From positions 91,698,001-91,762,000 of the forward strand of contig NC_086375.1 of NCBI RefSeq assembly GCF_036588685.1: DNA of 64,000 nt, written 5' to 3'. The notes under the pieces were generated by a model that saw only the letters and a list, made by a program, of their open reading frames with translations, was not told where the DNA came from and searched no databases. Below are positions 50,101 to 62,801 of this stretch, piece after piece; position 1 is the first letter of the stretch; each line of letters begins with the position of its first letter. The stretch comes from Mytilus trossulus. Lineage: Eukaryota. The position numbers and the translations under genes were made by a program.

Positions 50101-53100
50101 GTCATTTTATCAAACTTCACTGGTTGCAAAATTATGAATTATTCGAAATAACAAAGATGTTCTTATTTCAGGCAGAAATCCTAGCCGTATTAGGCACAAC
50201 TTTTTGGAACTTTTGTTCCTCAATGTACTTGTCTTGGCTTTTGAACTTTTTTCATCTGAGCGTCACTGGTAAGCCTTGTGTGGACGAAAGACGCGTCTGA
50301 CGTATAAGTTTTTTTTAACCTGTTACCCTTTGTTAGCTTTAATTGGCGTGTTTCTCTTTCCTATATGTTCTCTCATTTATTTGAATTGTAGTCCTGTCAT
50401 GTAATGTTGTCTTTAAATGATATATTTACCAATGCCGTACAAGCGGGAGGTTTGGCATGCCACAAAACCGGGTTCCTCCCACCATTTTTCTTAAAATGTC
50501 CTGTGCCAAGTGTGTGTGTTAAAGTTTAATGTTAACTTGTGTTTCTGTTGTGTCGTAGTTTTCCTCTTATATTTGATGTCTTTTCCTCAGTTTTAGTTTG
50601 TAGTCCGAATTTGTTTTACTCAATCAATTTATGAATCTCGAACAGCGGTTTACTACTGTTGCCTTTATTTGAGACATATTTGCAATTTATTGGTTAGACT
50701 GTTTATTCATAAACAGAAAACTTTGTGATGTATAGTATAAATCAAAATATTCAAACAAATATCAAAATTTTTGTTTTAGCAATCCATTTTTTTTTAAAAT
50801 ACGCAATAAAAGGGGAGTTAACTCTTTTCGTAAAAAATATATACTGGGCTGATGGGCTGATATGAAATTTTTCAACTTTTATTTGTAGCTAGAAACAAAT
50901 CGTTGACATATTTTTTCCTTTTATTGTTCGTAAAACATATCTTCCCACAATGTATTTCAAAATTCTATTTCATTAATTTTGTATGCACACCAATGTGTTT
51001 TTTTATGAACAATCTGACCACATTTAGGCAACTTATAAAGACTCATAGTTTGGAAATAATATTATGATTTCACGTCCCCTCACGCATTTACGATGTCCTC
51101 AATCAGAACCGATCCACTCACGCAATACATAATAAAAATATGAGGTTTTTAGATTTATTAAGATGTCGAGCAACACCGGACAGCGTACACGCCGCCCAAA
51201 ACGACATTCATACCCATTGACCGAATTAAAAGTAAAGGTCTGTTAATAGAACCATTTCAAAATCTAAATGTCACTTTTTTCGGCAAATTCTCGTGCGGCA
51301 ACTGATTTTGTAGGAGTTCAACTCCACGTACAGCAGTAAATGATACATGTATCTCTTCGTTAAAGTATTCACCACAGCATAGCATTCTCCGATTTTCAAT
51401 ATTTTGATCAGTCGAATAAGAAAATTGCGATTTAGAAATGTCTATACCCTTTGAAGCGGTGACAATTGCTCCGCTCAAGCACAACCGGAAAATCCTCTCA
51501 CGATTTTCATTGCAGAACCAAATGTTCTGCGTGTGTAGATTACCAGCCGTGATATAAGCTCTTATAAGAATAACAAAATCAGAGGTCTATATTTCAGTAA
51601 GTTTGACTGATTATTTACTAGTGTGATATATGTAGACTGTTCTTCGTATCGTCTATTCATCATACCAGTAATCCTTTCTCCATAAAAGAAACAACTTTGT
51701 TTATTTCATTGAAGAAATGGTTTTTTTACAAATATGGTGCTATTGATATATTCATTCAAATCAACAATATCCCGGTTTAATAGCATATGTAGTTTATCTC
51801 GGTATAATAGCATTTGTAGTTCTATAATCCCCTCTACCCCGATTAAAATTAAAACAATCGTGTTTTTTTTTCTTTCTAAACAAAACAGAGGCTGATTTAT
51901 TAATGTGAAAAAGTCTTTTCTTGTTCTGCGTATGTGCGCATCATTGACAAATTCTAAAGATATTTTTTTTCTTAAAAAAATATATTTCTTAGAATTCGAC
52001 GAAAACTAGGGAGGAACCCGACATACTATTTAATACTCTAACAATATCCTGTATAGTACCCCTTTTAGGAAAAAGTTTTTATAAATACAAAATTACCTCC
52101 TTGAATGGTTCCGTAATCGATTTCTGTCATAAGCAAGCAGTCTTTGACAGACACATGCATGACCGCCATAAAGCCATGTGACTGCGTAAGATCCGTTCTC
52201 CAAACATCCGTCAGAGTACCGCCTAGGTTCTCACGCACAATGTAATAGTTTCCAGCATTTGGACCTAGAAATGAGTGAGAAGATACTAAGGGGATAATAA
52301 AATAACTTAAGTAAAAAAAAGGCAGACAACTACATGGCCACAAGAAAAACCCGACAATGATCATTACCTTCATTATCTTTATGAAAGTTCCAACCCTCTT
52401 TTCTGAAAATCTTATAAAAAAATGAGATATTTTACTCCATAAACATGCTTCTGATTAAAATTTCTTAAGAAGGAGCTTGTCGTAAAGTTTATTTCTTGAT
52501 AAGGAAACTTGATAAATTGAACATCAATGTGGTTAAATCATATTTCCCAGTGAGTTTTTTTTTTTGCTATTTCAAAGGAGAATTCGATGTAAGTGCCCGA
52601 TATCTCCTGTCTATTTGTATTCAATAATTTACGTTTTTGGCGTTGGAATCAATATTTCATTGTTTTCTATCAATGTGCAGTTTACTATCCATATTCGTAT
52701 ATACTGAAAAATTATAGGAATAAACAAAATTTTAATCGTCTAACCGAGTCTCTGTGGCATTACCTGGGAAACAGTTAGCTGGCATTGATCCATTGACCAA
52801 CAAGGCATCTTTTATAGTGCAATGTCCATCCACAACCTCGTACGTCTTACCCTAATTAAAATTAAGGGGGAAATCAAAGTTGATATAAATATTTAGATAA
52901 AGAAATAACTTTTCACAAATAAAAACATGTAGAAATTCCTGTCACAGAAGTAAAAAAATTGTTACATATTTAAAAGAAGTTACATTTTCCATTTAAGAAA
53001 TCGCATTTTACAAATTAAGAATCGATATCCTTTTCATACATTTGAGGTTTTCCATCATTGATAAAATGCTAAGGAATCATAAGTGAATATTAAAAACGTG

Positions 53101-53650
53101 AAATCATATTTAAAATATTGTTATTTGTGTGTCGCAAATTACTCACAATGTTATAGTCTGTGTATGCTACAATGCTATGGCTCTGTCCATTTTCTGTTTT
53201 TGTGACAATATCAATTCGTCGTTTGTTGTCGAAATCCAGGTAAACCTTGCCTTTTTTCTGTATGTAAAATAAAAGCAAAATTACATTAGACATCAAGAAA
53301 AGAGCAGCGTTGTTTTTGATCAAGCATAACCGAAACATTCAATAATTTCTTTGAACGATACAGACAGAAAATTCTTGGTTGATGAATCAGTGCTGTATGT
53401 TTGGACACCTTTCATTCAAGGTGAACTCATAACCCTAGATGTTAGTCCAAATTTTAGAATTGTAAAATAGAAGATTTTTTTTTTTTAAATGACTATTATA
53501 GCTTACCTCAAAAGACTGAAATCCATTTTGAGTTTGATCAAACTGACTTGTCACAGTGAATTTACTGTAAGTTGCCTGTCTTGGCATACAACATGAAGGA
53601 TCAGCTCCAACACAAAACGGAATTAACATAAGAAAAACGCAATACTTCAT
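47160..53650 (-). CDS. Ependymin-related secreted protein (EPDR family)
   Basis: Exons (minus) 53650-53507, 53257-53147, 52851-52764, 52264-52097 and probably 47263-47160. Signal peptide then CCMPRQ, VYLDFDNKR, DYNIGKTYEVVDGHC, CFP, DVW, KDCL, and WTNNLTGSENGVTFNPAS matching the spacing of the FxNxxxGIxDPxVFxPP tail. Last exon less certain. Confidence 0.75.
49179..49722. mobile_element. Kolobok/T2-like MITE nested in the left arm of the foldback element
   Basis: Same family as 961-2204; absent from the corresponding position of the right arm (~50990). Confidence 0.8.
50258..50303 (+). ncRNA. Degenerate minimal type I hammerhead ribozyme motif
   Basis: GCGTCA-CTGGTAA-GCCTTGTGTGGAC-GAAA-GACGCGTC-TGACGT: stem I and GAAA intact, CUGAUGA core carries two substitutions. 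Confidence 0.55.
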
Positions 53651-54600
53651 CTTGGTAGGCAGGTAAAAATATCACTAGATATCTTACTGATAACCGATTT
53701 GATAAAGTTATCAAGTAGAAGTGTACTTGGGTAGGAAAAACACTTGCATATTTTGAAATTCCCCTTAGCATTCCAAGGTCAATCTCATTTCTGACTCAAC
53801 GTGTATCAAAGATAGGTAAAAAAAAAAGGGGGACACTTTAGAATTAATCTGTTAATCTGGTGATAACAAATTGTTTGTTTTTAAATCTAAATCGTTTTGT
53901 CGTCTCGGCATTTTATCAAGAACACCGTTCTAGCAATAAATCAGTAACCATCTCATACAACTCCGCTGAACTGGAATCTTATTTTTTCAATCAACCGTGT
54001 TGGTAAAATGAAATATATCATGTTTTAAATCAATCCCAGTAGTACACCAAACAAACGGAGATATTTTCATTGTTAATAATGTTACTGTATGTTTTTCCGC
54101 ATAATATGTGTTCCACATTGAACGAAATAGAAATTACAAAACGGTTTCTAATAAAAAAATACATTTTCCCCCCCTTCTTCATAAAATAAATTCCTGGAAC
54201 ATAAAGCCCTTATCAAATGGTTCCTACAATGACTGGAAATGATACAAGTAAAATAGACTGATTTTAATAGTCATATTGAATCTAGGACTATTATACTACA
54301 ATAGTATAAAGACCCCCCCCCCCTTTTTTTTTTATAATAGTCCCAGATTGAATCATGTGATTGTTTACACCCGAGTGTATTTAACCTGTACATGAAGTTT
54401 TAAACATGCATGAAAATTTTCAAAAGTTAAAATGGACTCTGTAGTGAAGACATTGATACAAGATATTCACAAATATAAACATATTCCGGAATGTTGAATC
54501 TTTTTCCCGTATATGGTTTCAAATTATTATGTACTCAGAAGTAAACAAATATTGCGCAATCCAATCCAACATTCTGCAATTTTAGCCTTATACAATAACT

Positions 54601-57600
54601 ATGGAATTTATACCTGGTTTGGAAGAAAATACAAATAAAGGAGGCGAATTAGCTTGTGATATCGATAATGTAACGACAATTTCTTTTACACCAACTACAT
54701 CAAATTCAGAAATTCGGAAAGAAGACATCGCAGATTTCGGCGATGAGGGATTTCTGTTATATGATGTGTTATCTCACGAAGAAAGTAACTTGATTATCAA
54801 CGAGGGAGAAAAGATCGGTTTCGAAAGAATGAAGGGGGTAAAGGACGAATACAGAAGTGTTCAACGGTCAGTATTATGTATTTAGTATGAATGTACAACA
54901 TAAAATAAGTAAGGAAAGGCCATCAACTTAAAAAAAAGGGGGGGGGGGGTTTCAAAAACAAAATATTCTGATCTCCAATTTGATTTGTGATTTGAAATTA
55001 ACTCAGATTCTGGTCAAACAGATGACCAAAAATATATTTTGAATGCAGATTTCTCACATACTTTATAGTATCCAATTTTGAAAACAACAATTTGATATAA
55101 ATTTGATTCACAGTTTTTTAGCCGCATCCATCACTAACATGATGGTTGTCATCTATTGATTGGGGGAGGGGGAGGGGGAGTGGGCAATTCAACATTTTGG
55201 GCCTATTACAAAATCTAATGTCGGTTTAATATAAATATAAAAATATGACTGAAAGGAGAAGATGAAATTACAGGCAGAAGATACAAAGGGGACAATCAAA
55301 TCGTATTCTGATATTAAACAGAGAAATATGTATGTTGTCGGAATGGAATGTAATGTATGCGACTGTCATACAAGTGAGAGGTTTAGCTAGCTTTAATTCA
55401 CCATTTCCATATAAGAAAGTAGACGTAACAAGTCAGGCATATGACAGTTATCCATTCGCTTGCTGTCTTTGAACTTTTGATTTTAACATTTGATGCATAC
55501 AGACTCTCTGTTTTGAAATATGCCTAGGAGTTCCGCGGTATTTTTGTTTCTAGTATTTTACTTTTTACGGTGAAGGACGCGAAATTCCGAAATGAAATGT
55601 ACAGCATTAAGAGCGAAGTTAGAACTGAAGTGGCCACTATGATAAACAAACTGTACTCAGTAGAAGAAAACATACGCATCTGTGGTTTTATCCACACTCA
55701 GAAACCACTGATCGAGGAAAACGTTTGAGAATTAATTTTAAAATGTTATCTAATGATATCACCATAAATATTCTTTGTGTAAAATCAATGATAAGAAATA
55801 GACTTCAGGTAATAAAAGAGATGTATAAGTAGAAAGAAGACAATTCAAGAATCCCTAGCTAGGCATAGAAGTGGTAACATTAAATTCCCAACAATACAAA
55901 ACAACAGTTATGGAAAAGGCAAAGGAACTCAGGAAAAAGAAACATCCAAAGTGATAACAAGTTCAAAAGAAGGTATGAACTAACGCTTGATGTATGGAAT
56001 GTTTGTGGATTGTCTTAACACACTGAAAGTAAAAATAGTAAATTTCGACATCAGATACGGCCGTACAAGTACTGTTAAACGTAAAATCACAAAAATACTG
56101 AACTCCGAGGAAAATTCAAAACGGATAGTCCCTAATCAAATGACAAAAAAAAACACATCAAACAAATTGATATAATTCATAGAAAGTTTAAATGCAGAAA
56201 TTAAAGATCAATATAAAGTTACAATTTAAAGTGAAGGGGCAGGTGCGAATACGTTATTTGGCTCAATTTCGTCGATGAGCAGGAAACTTTATGTGCTTTC
56301 TTATGTTATCAACCACCAATAGGCTCAAGCCGGTCGAATGAACAGTTTTATGTGGATTGGTAAATACATCATTTATGACCGGTTCATTTATGCAAGTATC
56401 AGAACATTGGAAAATGTATATAGTTGGTGATTTAAACTCGAGATGCTCAGGCATTTCAGATTTAATCGAAGGAGTTGATGATGTAACACCAATAGAAAGA
56501 GCTGTGGTATAGTGATCTACTAACGCAAAGGTTCCTAGGAGTTGATGATGTAACACCAATAGAAAGAGCTGTGGTATAGTGATCTACTAACGCAAAGGTT
56601 CCTAGGAGTTAATGATGTAACACCAATAGATAGAGCTGTGGTATAGTGATCTACTAACGCAAAGGTTCCTAGGAGTTGATGATGTAACACCAATAGAAAG
56701 AGCTGTGGTATAGTGATCTACTAACGCAAAGGTTCCTAGGAGTTGATGATGTAACACCAATAGAAAGAGCTGTGGTATAGTGATCTACTAACGCAAAGGT
56801 TCCTAGGAGTTGGTGATGTAACACCAATAGAAAGAGCTGTTGTATAGTGATCTACTAACACAAAGGTTCCTGGTTCGATACCCGTTCCAGGGAGACGATT
56901 TTAGGGACTGAATTTTCGGCTCTCCTTTGCGAGTATGGTCTTAAGAAACGATGATAGTCCGTCGGAAGGGGACGATAAATGGCTGACCAATGTCATATCT
57001 CTTGCACATAAAAACACCCTTGTAGATTTCGAAAAAGAGCTGGATATTGCCGTAACAAGGCAGCACTCGCACCCGCAAAGTGGAAAAGGATTAATTAAAA
57101 TTGCAATAACTTGTTTCCCAATCCACTATATATAAAGATGTTTAAACTAAAACCAATAGAGATGATTGATTATCGTTCAAATTCAAACAGTGAAAAGCAA
57201 AATCACCAAAATGCAGAGCTCGGAGGAAAATTCAAAACAGAAAGTCCGTTATCAAATGGTAAATCAAAAGCTCAAACATATCAAACAAATGGATAACAAC
57301 TGTTGTGATTTATGAATAGATTTCCTAATCGACTGTAATTTGTGGAAGAAAAAGATTTAAGTGTATATCAAAACGAGGCAAATAAAGGCAAAAGCAGTTT
57401 ACCGCTTTTTCAATAGTCATAAATCGATTAAGCGAAACAAATCCTGGATACAAACTAAAACCGAGGGAATCACATCAACTAATAGGGGAAAACGGAACAA
57501 CAGAAACACTAAACTGCTACAAAAACCAAATGCCAACGCACATAGAAAATCTGTCGTAAACTTTATAATAACAATCTTTGAAAATATGCCGATGTTCACT

Positions 57601-60600
57601 GACTGTAATGTCAGAATTATGTCTAATATAACCAACAAATTGCAAGACATGAACCAAATACCTTACAATTCGTTGCTTACTATTTTTTTTAAAGAGATAA
57701 TTGACTAACCAACAAGAGAAAACACAGTGTGCATCTTACTCCAATATTCAAACTCTTCCATGTAAACCGAGATCTCGAAGCATTTCAAACGGGGTTTTAA
57801 ATGGCAATGCGTTGCGAGTGAAGTTTGAACAACTGAACGCGAATTTAAAAAAAACCCATTGGAAATAGTTGAACCGATAAACAAGACGTCGGAGCAGCCT
57901 ATGGTTGTTTTGTTGAACGTTTTTTTTCTGATGAAGTGAAATCCAAGATAGCAGGAAAAATCGGACAAAACCTGCAAAAACGAAAAAATAGGGCTTAGAA
58001 TAGACAAAATATGACAACATCAAAAACTATTGTTTTTTTTTTCAAAAGAGACTTTTGTAATAACATTAGTAGATTAGGGATATCTATTGACATACGTTCT
58101 TCAAAAGCAATGGACGTCTTAAAATCAGACAGAAGGTAATGTTAATGTAAACACAATGACACATGGAAACCAAAGTATGAACCATTATTCAATGTAGGTG
58201 ATTGTGACTATAACGCAGACTTTCTAAATATAAATTTTAACACCAACTAAAAAATAGTATTACTGATCATTCGGAAAAGGATTTCAAAATGTAGAATACT
58301 AATATTTTTTATATTTTGAAAGATGAAGAGAAGAAGGCAGAATACCGATCAAACTTAATAAAGCCAGTCGTATAAAAAAAAAAAACAATATGTGCTGAAC
58401 TCCTTCGTTATATCGCATGTGGAAATATTCTATGCAAGATTATAAAAATATGCATTTAATAATCGTGATCCTTTAAGTTATAGAGGGATAGCTCCGATGT
58501 CAACCCCCTGTTAGTAGATATATCCAAATAATCTAAACACACGTTTGTCATCCTAGTAAGATGAAAATAACATCTTTGCTGATAGAAAAAAGTAAATTAA
58601 CAAAAGTACCAAACTTCAAGAAATTTTTTAAATCTTTAAGTCGTTTTTCAAATGGTAAAATTTAAATTCAAAACTCATCAAACGAATTAAAAACAGCTGT
58701 AATATTCCTGACTTAGTATTGGGCATTAGAAAAGATAAGGTTGCATCGAACATTTATACTATAATAGGTATAATAACTCCAATTAAAATCGAAAGGCGTT
58801 CAACTTTAAATGTGTTCAAAGTGGAGATTGAATGTAAATTTTGAAAATATAAAAATAATACATTTTCGATGTCCGTCAATTCCTCCTTTTTAGTAAAGTA
58901 TTGATACCTGTATTGTGTCTGTTTTGTTCACGTATCGTTGTAAATATAACGGAATTTGATCACACTGTCGTACAAGTGAGAGGATTAGCGCTATAAAACT
59001 AGATTTAATTCACATGATTTTCTACATTTGAGAATGCCTGTATCAAGTCAGGAATATGACAGTTGTTGTCCATTCGTTTTTTATGTGTTTTGTCATTTGA
59101 TTTTGCCATGTGATTAGGGACTTTCCGATTGAATTTTCCTCGGAGTTTAGTATTTTTGTGATTTTACTTTTTAGTATTTTCATCAACTTATCAAACATAT
59201 CACTAGCAAACAAAATGCACAATCTATTACAAGTTTAAAAATATCCATGAAACAGTAGAAGGTAGAAAATACCAAACCAATAATGCTGAAGAAGATTGGA
59301 AAATACACGAACGAGATACATATAATTTATTTTTATTAAAACACACACACAAAGGTTTTATATAATATGAAATATGAGTTAACAACGTTTCTCGTATATT
59401 TTCAGGATAACTTTGAACAATCCAGATGTTGCACAGATTCTTTGGGATCGAATCAAAGATTATTTAAAACCAATAGAGTTTACAGAAACAAAAGACCCTA
59501 AATCTCAACATATACATGGTATTCCATTTTTACTGAAAGGAAAATGGGAACCATGCGGTTTAAATAATGTAAGCATACATGTATTTTATCACTACCACTA
59601 TTGTAAATAACTAAAGATGTATTTGAAAAGTAGGAGTATGATTGTAGTCCAACATCGAACATGGCACTGAAAATGTTACATCTGATTTTTTTTAATAAAA
59701 AGTAAAATCACAAATATACCGAACTCTGAGAGGAAAATTCAAAAAGGAAAGTCCCTTATCAAATGATAAAACCAAATGCCCAAACATATCAAACGAATGG
59801 ATAATACTTGATAAAGAAATTTTCTTATGGAGAAAAAAAAGGTAGTTACACCTGGTTTTAAACATTTCACTTGACTATGATAGTGAAAAATTCTATCATA
59901 TTGACAATGAAGTGTGAACAAAACAAATAGACATAATAGGTAAACATGTCAAAATAGGGATACAACAGTCAACCTTAAAACAAACAAATGGGTTACAAAA
60001 AAAAATACAAAAAGCACATAAGCAAAAATGAAAGACAAGAATACAAAAAAGAATGTGAAAATTTAGTTTTTCATAGATACATGTTGTTTTTTTATCATGC
60101 ATTCTAGTAAATGATAAGTGATAATTGATAAAAAAAAAAATGAAAAAAAGGCTAGTATCGTCAGTTAAAAATGATTGTAGAATATAAATACTGTGTGCAT
60201 ATTTATACATAATATACTATTGTCTGATTCCACATTATCTAAATGAAGATCTATTAACAGATTTTAAAATAAAAACGATTGCAGACTTTTCATTGTTTTG
60301 CAAAATATAAAGTTCTTCATTACTCAGTATATGCCGCATTTTGTGGAATAACATTTTTTTAAAAATTCATCCATTCTTAAGCTTAGTAAGAAAAGTGTAA
60401 TATAGTTTAGTTTGTTACCCTGATTTTGTTTTTTGTCCATGGATTTATGAGTTTTGAACAGCGGTATACCACTGTTGCATTTATTTAATATATTTGATAT
60501 TTTTTTTTAGATTTTTAGACTATGTAGATACTACCCAGGAGGACACTTTGCGCCGCATTACGATGGTTTTTATGCAAAAAGTTCTAATGAAAGGTCATTG

Positions 60601-62689
60601 AAGACATTTATGTTGTATCTAAATAACGAATTCCAAGATGGTTGCACGCAGTTTGTAAATGAGAATCAGACTTTATATAAGGTACACAATGTAATGTGCT
60701 TATTATTGTAGTTATAAAAGTGGTGATATGCATTTCATTTCTTTATTTTGGATGGATTTACTTAACCTTTTGTTGAATTAATTCAGCGTTAATTGTTTTT
60801 TCATACTGTTCATTACTTATAACTTACTTGAAGATGAAATATTTATTATATTTACATTCAATCTTCGCTCTATTTGGCTTAACGTTTCGAAATTTTAGGT
60901 CATCGATGTATTTTTGGCTCTTAATTATAAACCATTTTTAAAACGTTACTTACTAATGGGGCTTTTGTAGACAAAACACGTGTCTAGCATATGAACCTTT
61001 ATTACTGGCTCAAGATTACTGGTATCTACGTTGAATTCATTTACATAATTTATGGGATTTTATAGGATGCAAATGGCAAATATTGTGCTGAAGACAAAAA
61101 TATTCTTGAAAGAATTCATCCTCATCCTGGAATGGCGCTTTTGTTTAATCATCAAAGATTGCACGAAGGTCAGAAAGTAAGGTAATATATTTGTATATGT
61201 TTAGTTTGTTTTATATTGTGAAAGGAGTTAAATATTTTCTTCATAACGAATGGCCAAAAATAAAAATGATTGAATATAGACGAGTATCAATAACTATTGA
61301 GTTGTATCATTTCAATGTGGTACTCATACCACATCTTCTTTTTCTATAAATGAAAGGCGGGATTTATTACAAATCTCTGGAGATTCAAACAGCAGCTCCT
61401 GCATTCCCCTATAATACTGGGACGTATTTAGATTCGTTGCGAATTCGGTCACGATAATTTACGGTTTCATTTTCAGAGATGGGACGAAATATATTTTACG
61501 AACAGATATAATGTATAAAAGATCTGGTGACAAAACAATGGACGAAAATGAAGAAAAGGCTTTACAGCTATTACAAGAGGCAGAAAGACTAGAGGTGATA
61601 TTAATATGCTTTATATACGGCTGCAACGCCTAGTGTCATGTTGAAGAAAACAAATAATGAAAATTTTACAGGAATAAAAATTTCCAGACAGACATAGAAT
61701 GTTCTGACCTAAAAAAATAAAAAATATATGAGATTTATATCTTTTTATTGAAGTAAATATATATAAAATATAGGTAGTTGAGTTTTTGGTACTGACTATA
61801 TCATGTGGAATATTGAGACGAGCCCGTTAGGGCGAGTTAAGATATTCAACATGATATACTAGTAGTCAGTATCAAAAACGAAGCTACCTATTATTCTGTT
61901 TATCGGTAATTATATATGACGTCACGCAATGTCTTGACGTCACGCAATGTCTTGACGTCGCGCAATGTATTGCCTTATATTTTCAGTAATACAGCCAGTA
62001 CGTTGATACTCGAAAATATTAGGCAGTAAGATCAAAGGGAAAATATACGAATTACCGATAAAGTAATATCCGAGAAGCAATATAAAAGTCATGAAGGGTT
62101 CTACAAAGCTCCTTTGTCTCAAAATTATTATCAACTCAAAGTAAAGTTGTTTGAACTAAATTTCATCTGAGATCCAAAATTACTGATAAAATAGTCAAAT
62201 ATCAAATAACGGCTCACAATTCATGGAAAACGCCCATAGATTTATAGTCATGATTCGAACAAATTAAGGCCAAGCTTAATGTAACCATAATGCCGTTATA
62301 TAATACAATTTAAAGTTTGTATTGACTGGAACTTTTGTCGTACGCAATGTTTAAAAATTTACAAGCGAACTCATTTCAACAAAATTTACAATTAGGGGAT
62401 GGTAAGTGAAAAATCAAGACCGTCATTCTCATATATTATTTTACTTTCTGTTGACGCATGCACATATTGGTTAAAAGTTTGCATTATTTCTGTATTTCGT
62501 TCAGTTGAATCAACATTTATTTGAAGTTTTTCTTAAGAGAAGTCAGATTCCATGCCCCTAAATTACAATTAAAAAGAAATTTTTACACATCGTTTTTCTT
62601 TTTTGCAGGGCATGGGAGATTGCATGAAAGCTTCAGAATTTTACAGGAAAGCCTTTAAACTGTCTCCAGCGCTAGAAAATTGTCATTGA
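54601..62689 (+). CDS. 2-oxoglutarate/Fe(II)-dependent oxygenase (prolyl-4-hydroxylase-like domain) with C-terminal TPR-like hairpin
   Basis: Exons 54601-54866, 59406-59568, 60511-60681, 61066-61181, 61477-61594, 62609-62689. Motifs GFLLYDVLSHEES, LWDRIK, W.PCGLN..FRLCRYYPGGHFAPHYDG (HxD), TFMLYLN, LHEG, KYILRTDIMY; AATAAA at 62793. Confidence 0.9.
56471..56872 (+). repeat. 67-bp tandem repeat x6 overlapping the head of a SINE
   Basis: Units start 56471, 56538, 56605, 56672, 56739, 56806; nearly identical. Confidence 0.96.
56835..57150 (+). mobile_element. tRNA-derived SINE with Deu/Nin-like central domain; 3' fragment also at ~12177-12252
   Basis: A-box-like TGGTATAGTGA, B-box GGTTCGATAC (56872), central CCGTCGGAAGGGGACGATAAA...GCACATAAAAACACCC resembling the Deu/Nin domain, 3' tail shared with 12177-12252. 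Confidence 0.65.
61770..61891. repeat. Long imperfect palindrome with GC-rich central mini-hairpin
   Basis: ATAGGTAG..TTTTTGGTACTGACT..ATATCATG..AATAT / ATATT..CATGATAT..AGTCAGTATCAAAAA..CTACCTAT around CGAGCCCGTTAGGGCGAG; similar architecture at 6087-6183. Confidence 0.75.
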
Positions 62690-62801
62690 GAGTTGTGTTG
62701 TTACTCATCCTCAAAGATACAGCAATATATTGATATTTTTATATTTTTATAAAGATTAGTTTTTACATGTTTTATCAATGTTTTAATTTTTGAATAAATG
62801 G

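Larger units (their letters stand above)
48605..51551. mobile_element. Foldback-type non-autonomous DNA transposon with long inverted arms and CAC...GTG termini
   Basis: 48605-48919 is the near-perfect reverse complement of 51237-51551; looser arm similarity continues to ~49832 / ~50668; ATATA flanks both ends. Confidence 0.85.

Noticed and set aside
51990-52050. Nearby alternative last exon for the ependymin-related gene
   Set aside because: The acceptor at ~52049 gives a stop after three codons in the required phase.
56835-56890. tRNA gene
   Set aside because: D/anticodon region truncated, no acceptor stem, continues into a SINE body.
57925-57960. CTGATGA...GAAA hammerhead-like words
   Set aside because: Only 3 nt between the motifs, so no stem II, and no valid stems I/III.
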